Part shown: piece after piece, positions 1 to 12,020 of the stretch
How the letters are laid out: each line of letters opens with the position of its first letter
Position numbering within the stretch: the first letter of the stretch is position 1
Assembly (NCBI RefSeq): GCF_032444005.1
Contig: NC_091283.1
Span: forward strand, 636,678,001 to 636,742,000
DNA from: Ranitomeya imitator
Lineage: Eukaryota
Direction: 5' to 3'
Length of the DNA: 64,000 bases
The notes under the pieces: model-generated
Told to the model about the DNA's origin: nothing
Seen by the model: the letters and a program-made list of their open reading frames with translations, nothing else
Database searches by the model: none
Translations under genes and position numbers: made by a program

Positions 1-1100
1 GCTCTGGTTGAATGAGCTTTTATGTTCGGGATGGCTGTCCCACAGGATGAGTAGGATAGGGCGATGGCGTCTCTTATCCATCTCGCCAACGTGGCTTTCG
101 ATGCTTTCTGTCCCTTCCGAGGACCCTGGAAGCAGACAAACAGAGCCCTATCCTTCCTGTACTCCCTAGTGGCTGATAGATATTGGACCAGACATCTTTT
201 TACGTCTAGGGTATGCAGTGTTTTTCCCCCCTCATTTTTGGGGCTGGGACAAAAAGGAGGGCAAAGAGATCTCTTGTGTTCTATGAAATTGTGACGCGAT
301 TTTAGGGAGGTAAGCCGGGTCAGTTTTAAGAATGACTCGGTCTTCAAGTATTTGAGTAAAGGGTGGGCATGCAGATCACGCTTGTATATCGCTGACGCGG
401 CGGGCCGAGGTTAGGGCCACTAGGAGTGTGGTTTTTAGAGATAAGATCTTTAAAGGAGAGTCCGCCAGGGGCTCAAAGGGAGGTTTGGTTAGGGCATTTA
501 AAACAAGGTTTAGATCCCATGGAGGAGTGTTATGGAGAGGAATAGGCCTGGACCTACTTGAGGCCTTAATGAATATCATGATCCAGCGATTTCTGGCTAG
601 ATCATGATTATACAAAGCTCCCAAGGCTGCTACCTGAACCTTTAAAGTACTTGTAGCTAGACCCTTTTCCAATCCCTTCTGCAGGAACTCAAGAATTTTT
701 CCTATTGGGATTTCCCCGGATGGGTCTGCACCAGATACCGACATAAATTTTTTCCACACTCCCATATATTTTGGTGGTTACGAATTTTCTACTCTGTAAT
801 AGAGTGGATACTAGATTGGGTGAGAAACCTTTATCACCTAGTAGCTTCCTTTCAAAAGCCAGGCTGTCATGTGTAGGTTCTTTACACTGGGGTGAAACAC
901 CGGACCCAGGGATAAAAGTTTCGGCGTGTCTGGTAGAACCCAAGGGCTTGATATGGACATTTTTCTTAGCCAAGAAAACCATATTCTGCGGGGCCAGAAT
1001 GGAGCTATTACTATCACTGTTGCTCCCTCCTCTGGAATTTTCCTCAGCACTAAGGGGATGAGGGATATCGGAGGGAACGCATAGGTGAGACGATAGTTCC
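1..1100 (-). pseudogene. DIRS tyrosine recombinase (frameshifted, truncated by window edge)
   Basis: ORF 376..765 has WDLNLVLNAL and LLVALTSARRVSD (catalytic Arg region). Bases 1-20 read K-A-H-S-T-R-A on minus (HxxR motif). Confidence 0.9.
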
Positions 1101-2720
1101 AGGGAATTGTAAAGGCGTCTATAGCTACTGGGCCCCCCCGGGGATCGATTGAGCAGAATGTTCTTACTTTCTGGTTTTGACTGTTCGCGAATAGGTCTAT
1201 TTCTGGCTGTCACCTAAGTTTTACAATCTGGTTGAATACTGATTGTTTTAGCTCCCACTCCCCCTGTTTTAAGCATGTCCTGCTCAAGAAGTCTGCAGTT
1301 TGGTTTTCTGAGCCTTTTATGTGGAGAGCTGTTAAGGACTTCAAATTGTGTTCTGCTATGTGGAAGATGGATTGGGTTACCTCCATTAGTGCTCGAGACC
1401 TGGTGCCCCCTTGGTGGTTTAGATATGCTACCACTACCTGGTTGTCTTAAAAGATTTTTACGTGATGCAGTGAAGGAGTTTTAGAAAGTGCGTTAGAACT
1501 GTTAGCGGTAAAATTGGCCCTTTCATGTTTGAAGAGACTAGCTCTTGACTTTTGCTCCAATTCCCCTGTGCCACTTGATCCTCTATGTGTGCTCCCCACC
1601 CCCAGGGGCTTGCATCCGTCGTTAGGATTTTTTCCGTCGGTAGTGCCCATGGAACCCCCTTGGTTAAATTCACTGGGTCTGCCCACCAAACTAGGGAGTG
1701 TATCGTGCTTGATGAGATACTTAATTGCCCGTCTAAATTTCCACGCAGAGATAGACTTTAGATTTAAGCCTCCCATTGTAGGTCCCGGGTATGACATTGT
1801 GCCCACTGCACGGCCGGGATACAGGCCGTCATGGAGCCCAGCAGGGACATCGCTTTTCTTAGAGTAGTGACTGGAGATATCGTCAACTATAACACAGCCT
1901 GTGTCATTTTTTTAATCTTTCCCTGAGGAAGGTAGCACTTCTGCGTGATCGAGTCTAGGACTATCCCTAAGTACTCCTGTACCTGGGTTGGCACTACTCT
2001 GGATTTGGGTATGTTCAGCCAACCTAGACTCGACAGTGAAGCCATGACCAAATCCAACTGTTGTTTGCAATGTTGGAATGAGGTCCCTACCACAAGGAGG
2101 TCGTCCAGATAGGGAACTATTAGAACATTCTGTTCCCGTATGTGGGCCATCACTTCTGACATTATTTTAGTGAACACCCGAGCTGCGATGGCTAACCCGA
2201 AGTGGAGAGCCCGGAATTGGTAGTGTTTCACTTCCCCCTGGATATTCACTGCTAGTCTGAGATACTTTTGATGATCCCTGTGGATAGGCACATGGTAATA
2301 TGCGTCTCATAAGTCTAGAACAGTCATGAAACACAAGGGAAAGAGTATTTTCACGCAAGATTTTATGGTCTCCATTTTGAAGTGTTGATTCTCGAGGAAA
2401 CTGTTTAATCTTTTGAGATTTACGATCGCCCTGTACGATCCGTCCGGTTTCCTGCGAAGGAAGAGGGGAGAGTAGAAGCCCATGCCTTTTTCCTGGTATG
2501 GGACTTCTTGCAACACTCCCTTCTGAATTAAGTTCAAGATTTCTTCCTGGAGAGCTGACTGTTCGTGTGATTGTCTCTGCGGTGTTACCATGAAGGAATT
2601 GCCAGGAGGAATGCGGAATTTCAGTTTGAGACCTTCTCGTATTATGCCTAATATCCAGGGACTGTTTGAAATTTTTTCCCAGGCTGTAAGAAACCTGGCT
2701 AGTCTCCCTCCGGCCCGGGG
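838..2720 (-). pseudogene. DIRS pol: reverse transcriptase, RNase H and DAM-like methyltransferase (frameshifted)
   Basis: FYSPLFL..KPDGSYRAIVNLK, YQFRALHFGL and PYLDDLL (RT); LTTDASPWGWGAH and VAYLNHQGGTRS (RNase H); VIVIAPFWPRRIWF (MT domain). Confidence 0.9.
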
Positions 2721-4250
2721 AATACCTTGTGTGTTCTTATTATCGGGGGGGGGGGGGGGGGGGGGGGGGGAGGAGGGTTTATTAAACAAAAAAACTCTGT
2801 TCTTATTTCTTTTGTCTTCCCATCCATCTTTATTCCCTTCTGGGGGTCTCCTCCGCATGAACTTTCTGTTCCGAAAGGGACGCCTGTAAGACTGGTTGGG
2901 GAACCCGGGGAAAGATTTCTTCTTATCCCCGGCTTTGTCGAGGATGTCGTCTAATGTTGACCCAAATAAAAATTCGCCTTCACAAGGTATTGAGCATAGT
3001 TTGGTTTTTGTTTGCAAGTCCCCTGGCCAGCACTTTAGCCACAGGGCACGTCTTGCGGCGTTCGAGAAGGAGGCTGACCTGGCTGCTAATCTAGCTGAAG
3101 CTGCCGCACCTTTCATCACAGACACTGACTTTTGGATTGTCTCCCTTGAGACTTTTTCCTTTAACTGGGAATCCAAGTGCTCGAGCCACACCATTAAGGA
3201 GCGGGCCGTACAGGTGGCCACGATGGCTGGTTTTAGTCCACCCCCTGCCGCTTCCCAGGAGCTTTTCAAGAAAGTCTCAGTTTTTTTATCCATAGGGTCT
3301 TTTAAGGTACCCATGTCCTCGAAGGGCAGGGCGAATTTTTTAGAGGCCTTCGCTATGGCCACATCCAATTTTGGTGCCTTGCTCCAGGTTGAGTAGGCTG
3401 GGTCATCGAAAGGGTATTTTCTCTTGGGAGTCAAAAGGACTCTGTCTGTTTTTTTCCATTCTCTCTTGATTAGAGAGTAAATTTTTTCATTAATTGGGAA
3501 CGCTCTTTTCTTTTGTTCCAACCCGCCAAACATGATATCCTGCGCCTTTTTTTAGGGCGTTCATCTACCAGACCCATTGTTGTCCTGACGGCTTTTATTA
3601 GGGTGTCTGTCTCTTCGATAGGGAAGCAACTGCGTCCCCCTTCTGAGGATAGCAAAGAGGTGTCAGATATTGATGAATCACTAGCATCAGATGTTTCGCT
3701 TTCCGACTCGTCAACACTAGACTCAGGAGACCTATGACTTGTTTTGCGTTTTTTCTTTGAGGTTTTAATGCCTTTGAGGGCACTCTCCACCTGACTCCTT
3801 ATTAATGACTTTAGGTCTGAGGCAAATGCCGGGGACTCCTCCTGAATCGTTTTCTCTATGCAAGTGTTGCATAGCTTTTTCTCCCAGGAGGAAGGAAGCT
3901 CCTCTGAACATATAGCACATACTGTGTGCTTTGATTTGCCTGTACATTTTCTTCCCTAGGAAAAAAAGAGTAACCCCGTATTAAACTCAGCACTTTCACG
4001 TAGATCACTTACCACCTGTGGATAAGAGATACAGTCTCAGGCCTGGGGACTATATCCACCACTGGATTCGTCTCTGGTCGTGTGGTTTTCGCAGAACCCC
4101 GGCTGCGTTGTGACCCGGCTGCGTTGTGACCCTGAGCGTCCACTGCTGCTGCGCTGTTGAGAGGAAGTATTTCCCTTGCGCTGATGCTGTGAGCGCTGGA
4201 GCCGCTGTACCTGCTCTTGCTTAGGAGATAACAGTGCAATCTCCTGTGCA
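2720..4250 (-). pseudogene. DIRS gag-like ORF (fragmented)
   Basis: ORF 2307..3533 N-terminal part (APKLDVAIAK, LKDPMDKK, NAARRALWLKCW) matches vertebrate DIRS gag. A CxxC...CxxC segment (VCAICSEELPSSWEKKLCNTC) lies near 3850-3950 in another frame. Confidence 0.8.
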
Positions 4251-5098
4251 TCCTGCTGCTCCTTGTTGCTCATAGTGGCCTCCGCACTGCGTTTAGTGCA
4301 AAGGAGGTTTGAATTGTCCACATTTTCCCGCCTGGAAGCGCTCATTATATTCACTTGCGCCGCTGGCGGAAGTGGCGATCTGCGCATGCGCCTGCCTGAC
4401 TTCCGGTTTTCCGGATCACGGGTGCCCACATGGGGGAAGATATAAGCGGAGAAGATATAAGCGGGGACGCCCGCGGGGACGCCCGCGGGGACGCCCGCGC
4501 GCACGCCTTAGCGTTCCATCTGCCGGCGCCTGCCCACACACGTTTGGAGCTTCCGGTTCGGGCGGTAATGGCGCCGGCGTTTCAGCGGTCCCATATGATG
4601 CTGCGGTCCCATAAGATGCTGCGGCCCCCGGCCTCTGCCCACCATGCCGGCTTTGTCTGGGACCTCATGGAGAAATAGCCGCCGCTATCTCCATGTACCT
4701 CTGTGTCTCGTTACGGAGGCTATTTCGGTGACCGCCGCCACCTGCCTCCTTCCTCCCTTTCCCCCCCCCCTTTATTTTTTTCTTCAGGCTTGATCCTTTT
4801 CACTACCTCCCCCATCACTCACCCATAAGGCCCGCCGACCCCAGCGGTGGTGCTTCAGGGAAGGGAAAAAGGGGAGAGAAAACCCACTCGACCCAGCCGT
4901 GACAGGGCGCCCCGTCAGGAACCGACTGGACCAGCCCCTGGAATCCCACGAAGTATCCTCAGGTACGTGCTGTAGGTTCCACATCAGGGACAGGAAACCA
5001 ACTGATGTGGGAGAGAGGTACGCCCTTTTTCACCTGTAGGTTTCCTATCCCTGGGGGCGGACCCCTCTCTCCATGGTGCCATCATGGGGCTAGAGAAA

Positions 5099-8000
5099 AT
5101 GACTTTTAAAATTCTCTCTTACAACATCAGAGGGCTGAACAGCCCCCAAAAGAGGCACACTATAGGGAGAGAGTTACTCAAATCTCAGGCAGATATTGCT
5201 TGCATTCAGGAGACGAAGTTTTTGGCAGGAAATCACCCCTACTTCAAACATCACAGCTTCCCTCACATTTTTGAAGCTTGCAATTCCAGTAAAAGAGCTG
5301 GGGTGATCACTTTGGTCAAAAATACCGTTCCCTTTGAGGTCCTTCAGGAGTTTGGCGATGCCAAAGGCAGATACCATATCTTCATTTGTGTCATCAATGG
5401 TCAAACATGTACTCTGGCGAATGTGTACGCACCTAATAGGAATCTAACCTGGTTTCTATCAAAATTACTGAAGAAGGTAAATGAGGTTAAAAAAAAAAAA
5501 AAAAAAAAAGGGACTCTCATTTTTGGGAGATTTCAACATTACACCTGACAGGATTCTAGACTCTTCCTCAGGCTCTAGACCAGCCTCAGACAACATAAAT
5601 TGGTGGCTGGATAGAAACGAACTCTACGACACTTTTAGATGTTTGAATTCCTTATCTAAGGAATTCACTCATTTCTCTACAGCCCACCAATCGGCTTCTA
5701 GGATAGACCTGATCCTAACAGACATTTTCTCTCTGGAGAGGTTCAAAAAGGTATACATTGGAGATAGCACGATATCGGATCATTCCCCAGTCATTGGTGA
5801 GATTCTTCTTGGTCCGTTACTAAAGAATGCGAGGATGTGGAAATGCAACTCCTCCATTACCCATGATCCCATTCATATGGCTACGATCCAAAAAGCTATT
5901 GACAACTATTTTACTGAAAATACTCCAAAATCCACTAACCCATCCATTAACTGGTGTGCCCACAAGGCAGTTATCAGAGGCACCATAATGAGCATTTCTT
6001 CCAAAATCAAAAAAGAAAACGGAGAAAATACGCAAATTACAAAAAGTCCATATGTGAATTAGAAAAGACTCTACTAGGCCTTCCCTCCCCCTCCCCTAAA
6101 AAACAGTCTGACTTAACATCTCTAAGGCAAGAATTAAGATCCTCACTTTACTCACCATACGAAGCCGCTCTTAATTCTTCAAAATATAAGTTCTATTCTT
6201 CATTAAATAAGCCTACCCTGTATATGGCAAACAGAACCAAAAAATTAAGAACCCAAAATTAAATAAATAGAATCTCCTCTATGGAGGGAAATACTACGTT
6301 AACCCACCCCTAGGAAATAGCCAATAAATTCTCCAAATATTATACCACCTAAACTCAGACCCATCTTCCCCTCCCCCTAATGAACTCGATATCAAAACTT
6401 ACCTAGCAAACATTGAATTGCCATCCCTAACTAAAGACGACTTGGACTCCCTATCTACGCCTTTTTCCACCTATGAGGTGGAAGATACTATCAACTACCT
6501 CCACCTTCATAAGTCTCCTGGGCCGGACGGCTACAACAATGCCTATTATAAAGCCTTTGGCAAAAGCTTATCTCCACATCTTGTGAGGCTTTTTAACTAC
6601 GCCACAAAGTCAGGATCCTTCCCACCAGAGATGTTGGAGGCATCCATTACACTAATCCCAAAACAATCAGGTAATCCCGCATCCCTTAGTAGCTACAGAC
6701 CGATATCCCTTTTAAACACGGATATAAAATTTTTCAAAAATCCTGGCCAATAGGCTTAGCTACATTTTACCCAATTTAATAGCTAATGACCAAATGGGAT
6801 TTGTTAAGGACAGACAACCAGATGACGCTACAAGAAGAATACTGGACTCCATTAAACTCACCAATTTAACTAGGACCCCAACAGTCTTTATATCACTAGA
6901 TGCTGAGAAAGCATTCGACCGTATTGATTGGTGCTTTCTCAGACAGGCTTTAATCAAATTCGGATTTAACAGTAATCTTATCACCACATTTATGACACTA
7001 TATAATGGCCCCACAGCTAGAATTACCTGTAATAACCACGTTTCGGGCGCATTTGTCATTAACAACGGTACGAGACAGGGATGCCCCCTCTCACCATTAC
7101 TCTTTAACTTAACATTGGAACCCTTAGTCGAACACAAGACAAAATCCCAAAATATCTGGTATACGCACTAATAGGCGCCAGCATAAGCTTAGCCTATTCG
7201 CAGATGACATAATTCTGACCCTCACAAATGCTGTAGCTTCTACTCTGGAGACCCTTAACGAGTTAGAGATATTTGCAGTTCTTTCCAAATTTAAAATTAA
7301 TAATTTAAAACCTAAAATCTTGCCCATTCATGTTAACTTAGAAGAAATCTGTTATCTAAAAGCTTCTACTTCATTTAAATGGTGTAGAGGAATTTCCATA
7401 CCTAGGTGTTATAATCAATACAAAATTAGACATGACCGCGATATCAAGCATGAAAAAACTGACAATTGATTTTTAAAGACAGTATCATCTTCAAAGATAG
7501 AGATTTGTCCTGGTGGGGGAGAAACTTGGCGATTAAACTATTCACACTGCCCAAAATCTTATGTATTTTTAGGTGTATCCCACTTCCCATCTCCACGGCC
7601 TACCTGACGGCCATTCAATCTCAATTGGACAACATTGTCTGGAATAACAAAAAACCCAGAACTGACACTAGATCACTGTTTAAAATGAAAACCCATGGTG
7701 GAATTAACCTTCCTAATATATATGCTCCTTACTTTACGCTATTACTCAGAGTACATCTTGGTTTTCAGACCAAAATGTCCCCACATGGTATGATATGGAG
7801 ATGGAAATTAACAAAGGCAAACACCCTAAATCTCTGGTTTTTAAAGCTATATCTAGTTCGATTCCAAACACTTCTATGCACCCAATATTTCAAGCAATCT
7901 CCTTGGCTTGGTCCAGAATCTCCAGAGTAGATGGTCGCAGCCAGAAAGGGTCCACGCTACATAATGAGTAAACAAAAGTTAGAGGCACATTTTTGGACCA

Positions 8001-8844
8001 AACTATGCCCCCCATTGGGTGGATTTTAAAATTCACACCCTGGGCGATATCTCAGATGGACCCAACCATCTGAATTTCAGCACTCTAAAAAATAAATTCA
8101 AGGTCCCATTATCCTCCTTTCTTGATTACATGTTACTGAGGGAACACGTTAAGTTGTTTCTAGGTTTCAAGTTGAGATTCTCGGAGGCATCTCTAAAAAT
8201 ATTGGTCAATCCAAACCACCAAATTTTTTGGAGTCATAAGTTTGTCTATGATAGCTTTAACAAAGACACGTCGTTTGTCAAAAGCGCTTTTTCATACTAG
8301 CTTGGGAGAAATCCATTAATTACACTGCTTCTATAGACGACTGGGAAGAGGCGTTCTCAACGTCTTACCACTTCACAATATCTATGACTCTTCTGGAGTC
8401 GCACTTCAAGGTGTGCTCCAGATGGTACTATACACCATCTAGGCTGTCACACAGATACTTCTAATTCTCCACTTTGTTGGGAGTGTGGCCACAAAAGGAG
8501 ATCTACTACATATTTTCTGGAATTGTCCCATTGTCGTTGCCTTTTGGTCAGAAATCTCAATAAATCACTAAACTATCGGGTTCTACATTTACTCCCACAC
8601 CCCAATTAGCTTTACTTTCTTTAGATACTAAACTCCTATATAGCTCTCTGCAACACATAGTTTTACACATATGCATGGTTGCCAAGAATTCCATCGCCTA
8701 TTATTGGAAAAAAAAAAACTTACTCTACCCAACTCTGGCTTCATCAAACTTATGTCACAGCATAGAGAACTTGAGCTTAAATTTGCCTTGTCCAATAACG
8801 GATTTGATAAGTTCTATCGGAAATGGTACAAATGGGATCAACTT
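5099..8844 (+). mobile_element. L1 LINE copy 1: ORF2 (APE endonuclease + RT), multiply frameshifted; 3' UTR displaced to 19813-20129 by nested L1 copy 2
   Basis: MTFKILSYNIRGLNSP, CIQETK, SRIDLI and SDHSP (APE); KSPGPDG, YRPISLLN, LDAEKAFDRIDW and GTRQGCPLSP (RT); ends in KWYKWDQL. Confidence 0.93.
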
Positions 8845-10354
8845 GGGGGGCGTGGCCTATGCCTGAAGCATGAAGACGTAGGTTCTGGAGGTCTAGGGAT
8901 AAACATCCCAATCCGACTTAAAAAGCTACTTCAATCGAGCCATCCGGCCCCTAAAATGTGTGGGAAAGGTCCAGGACTCAGTTTAATCCCTTTCTAGACG
9001 CTTATTGATTAAATTGGGGACTTTAGAGGCCTAAACTGAGCTGAGGCCTACAACATTGGTGTCATAGGTCCCGACATAGGTCGGGACATTGATTAACACA
9101 GTATGCCGGCTGCAGTGAAACCACGCCCCTTTCTACACAGCGCAGCGCTCCAAGGCTGAAGACCAGGACAAAAGCGACCGAGAAGGCACACCGGAGCAAG
9201 AGACCTCGCCGGGTACTTCTGGTGCTGGAGCCGCCAGGACTGAGGTGAGACGGGCACCGCTGAGAGCGTCCCCTCCCCCCTTCGCGGCGCTCGGCAGCGG
9301 CGAGCAGGAGATCAAGGGCCTCCCAGTCCGTGCCGCAGCCAGGCGCGGTGAAGAGGCTGAAGAAGCAGACACCCTCCAGAGAATCCAAAGCTCCGACCGG
9401 AGCAAGAAGCCCTGCCAAACCCTTGCCGCGCCGGAGCCTCCTAGCACAAGAGGAGACAGGCGCTGCAGAGAGCGCCGCCTCCCCCTCCCTTCGCTGTGAC
9501 CGGCGGCTCGGCGCGGAGATCAAAGAGCCTCTCAGCCCGTGCCGTATCCAGGCACGGTGAAGCGGCTGAAGAGCGGAGGCAGCGGAGACATCGATGGTGA
9601 GGTGAGGGAGCTTGCCGGAAGGCACCCGCCACGAGAGAGCTACACCAGAGGCCCAGAATGAACCCGATCGGAGCCGCAGCCATCGCCGGAGCCTCCTAGT
9701 ACCGGAGGTAAGAGCCCCCCCTGTCCCAGCACTCGGCAAATAGACTCTCCATAACTAAGCGGTTGCAGCGTCGTGCCTGCAGCGTCGTGCCTGCAGCGTC
9801 GTGCCTGCAGCCGCTGTTTCCGGCGCCTCTGCGCTTTATCCACCATATCACCACCACACAATTGGAGGACTCCCTCCTCCCCCTGCAGGCATGTACATAA
9901 ATGCCACTGAGCCACATTAAAGCCGCTTCAAGTGCAGCAGCAGCGGCGGCTCCCACACTGGATAATCCGGTATTAAAACCATACATTCACCTGGGGGCAG
10001 AGTGTGACGTTTCCCATCTGGGCTACTCATTGGGAAGGGTACGCCTACCTCACACTGTGCTGCTGAAATCCTGCCTAAGCAGCAAGAAATACAAACCGCA
10101 CAGCTTTGGGCCTAACTAGAGAGGCTGCCCACAATCGCAAGTGAGAGAGCCCAGAAATAGCAGAACAACTGCAGCTTAAGAGGGCTGAGATACTAGACCT
10201 TCGGTGTGAAACATAACGGATTAACTGCGCACACCACATACCGTGCTACTTCACAGCAGCGTTTGTAGCAGGAAAACTATACTAACTGCTGCAGGGCTGA
10301 TCCTAGGATCATCCTTATAACACAAGAAGAAATCTACTGCTGACGACAATCATT

Positions 10355-11477
10355 ATGAGTTTCTCAAAAACAAAAGGAGGAACTCAACACCAATACTCAC
10401 CAAAATCTCAAAGCACTGTAGAGCAGAGTAAACTCTATAGCAGTTACAAGCCACATAGGGACCAAGAGAACCTTATCAGCCCTGTCAAATCTAGGTCTCC
10501 TCCAAGATATTTAAACCATCGTCCGGAAATAAATAAGAAAATAAGAATGGACGGAAATCCCCACTCAGACAAGATGTACTCAACTTTCTCTTCTAAAAGA
10601 AGTATGCCAGGAGCAGCGGGTGAAAAATATGAGAACATAAAAGATCTACTTGAATCAGAAGACTCCTCAAATGACTATAGTCCTAACCAAAGTCCAGACA
10701 AACAGAGAGCTAGAAAAGAGAGCCATAAAAGAACCCAACCTGCTACAAGCCTGCAGAATCAAGGTCACTCAGAGGACATCCTTAATAAGATTAGCTTAAT
10801 GTTAGACAAGAGATTCGAACTGCAAAACCAAAAAAAAAATCGACAACGCCCATCAACAATTTGTGAAGTTTTGTGACAAGGTCGAAAAACAACTGACAAA
10901 TCACGAGGACAGGATCCAGAAATTAGAAAGAGGCGCTGTAGAATCGTCAGTTGACCTGGAATACATCTCAGCGGAAGTCCATAAGTTGAGAGTAAAAATG
11001 GCGGATATTGAGGACAGGGGGCACCGAAATAATATTAAGATCAGAGGACTACCGGAAACAATAACCCAAGAGGAACTCTCAAACCACATTCAAGGAATTT
11101 TTAAAACAGCTATTCCGGACTTGACACCCTCGGACCTCATTATTGACAGAGTTCACAGACTCCCACGACCTCCCAGAATTGCATCGGATGTACCAAGAGA
11201 CACTATCTTGAGAATCCACTTCTATCAAACTAAAGAAAGAATTCTAAAGTACCTGAGAAAAAATAAAACTTTCCCTGACCCTCATAAGGAATTGAAAGTG
11301 TTCCCGGACCTCTCTAAGGACACACTAGAAGGTCGAAAAGAATTCTCCAAGGTTACCTCCATTCTCAGAGAGGAAAAAATACCTTACAAATGGGGCTTTC
11401 CCTTAAAACTTGAATCATCTACGAGAGCACAGCTGACCGCACCACCGCTGCAGCTGACTACCTCCGCTTCAGGCTAA
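10355..11477 (+). pseudogene. L1 ORF1p of copy 2 (frameshift at the A-run near 10830)
   Basis: ORFs 10355..10876 and 10863..11477: coiled-coil region, DIEDRGHRNNIKIRGLPE, IDRVHR, VFPDLSK, YKWGFP. Confidence 0.9.
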
Positions 11478-11540
11478 TTAGCCTCAGCTGATCCCCCCGA
11501 TCTCGGGTGCTATAGCCAGAAAACCAGATAGCGTGGATAT

Positions 11541-11693
11541 GAAGAAAAAGAAAGTGGCAGCACTCACCGATCTTCTTATGCAGGTGTATTTATTTGGAAA
11601 AAGTCTTCACGGCACAGGGGTGTGTAACATAGGGATGCGGGAGCAGAACGACGGCCGTTTCGCGCCGGTCTGGCGCTTCAACGGGTTCCGTTA
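11541..11693 (-). mobile_element. Penelope-like element pseudo-LTR fragment
   Basis: On minus: hammerhead-fold motif, then AATAAA, then a GGTGAGTGC donor-like motif, the usual PLE terminal-repeat order. Confidence 0.75.
11645..11689 (-). ncRNA. Minimal type I hammerhead-ribozyme-like motif with variant core CCGUUGA
   Basis: GGAAC-CCGTTGA-A-GCGCC(AGACC)GGCGC-GAAA-CGGCCGT-C-GTTCT: stem I, stem II, palindromic ACGGCCGT stem III, GUC triplet. Confidence 0.65.
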
Positions 11694-12020
11694 GCGGTAG
11701 GCAATTATGTAGCGTTTGTTTTTTTACTTTAACGATGGTTACCAGGGTAAACATCGGGTTACTAAGCGCGGCCCTGCGCTTAGTAACCCGATGTTTACCC
11801 TGGTTACCAGCGAAGACATCGCTGAATCGGTGTCACACACGCCGATTCAGCGATGTCAGCGGGGAGTCCAGCGACGAAATAAAGTTCTGGCCTTTCTTCC
11901 CCGACCAGCGACATCACAGCAGGATTCTGATCGCTGCTGCGTGTCACACTGGACGATATCGCTAGCCAGGACGCTGCAACGTCACGGATCGCTAACGATA
12001 TCGTCTAGTGTGACGGTACC
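11694..12020. mobile_element. Right half of a palindromic Harbinger-like MITE (same family as 21294-22031)
   Basis: Near-identical to about 21703-22031. Ends GTGTGACGGTACC followed by TTA, after which L1 ORF2 resumes (LPTLTSDEL). Confidence 0.85.

Larger units (their letters stand above)
1..5098 (-). mobile_element. DIRS1-like tyrosine-recombinase retrotransposon; 3' part runs off the window start; ORFs frameshifted
   Basis: Minus-strand domain order gag-like, RT, RNase H, methyltransferase-like, tyrosine recombinase. The terminus reads TTTCTCTAGCCCC on minus at about 5098, typical of DIRS T-rich ends. No TSD is visible. Confidence 0.93.

Noticed and set aside
2745-2770. Long G run at the DIRS gag/pol boundary as a programmed frameshift signal
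   Set aside because: DIRS ORFs normally overlap in different frames, and long homopolymers here (also the A run near 5490-5509) are as likely to be slippage or sequencing error; untestable from one copy.
5084-5098. N-terminal MGLEK extension of L1 ORF2
   Set aside because: These codons lie in the DIRS terminus; the native ORF2 start is the ATG at 5099.
9062-9739. 225-aa antisense ORF and neighbours in the L1 5' UTR
   Set aside because: Low-complexity Arg/Ala/Gly/Ser composition expected from GC-rich sequence; no domain evidence.
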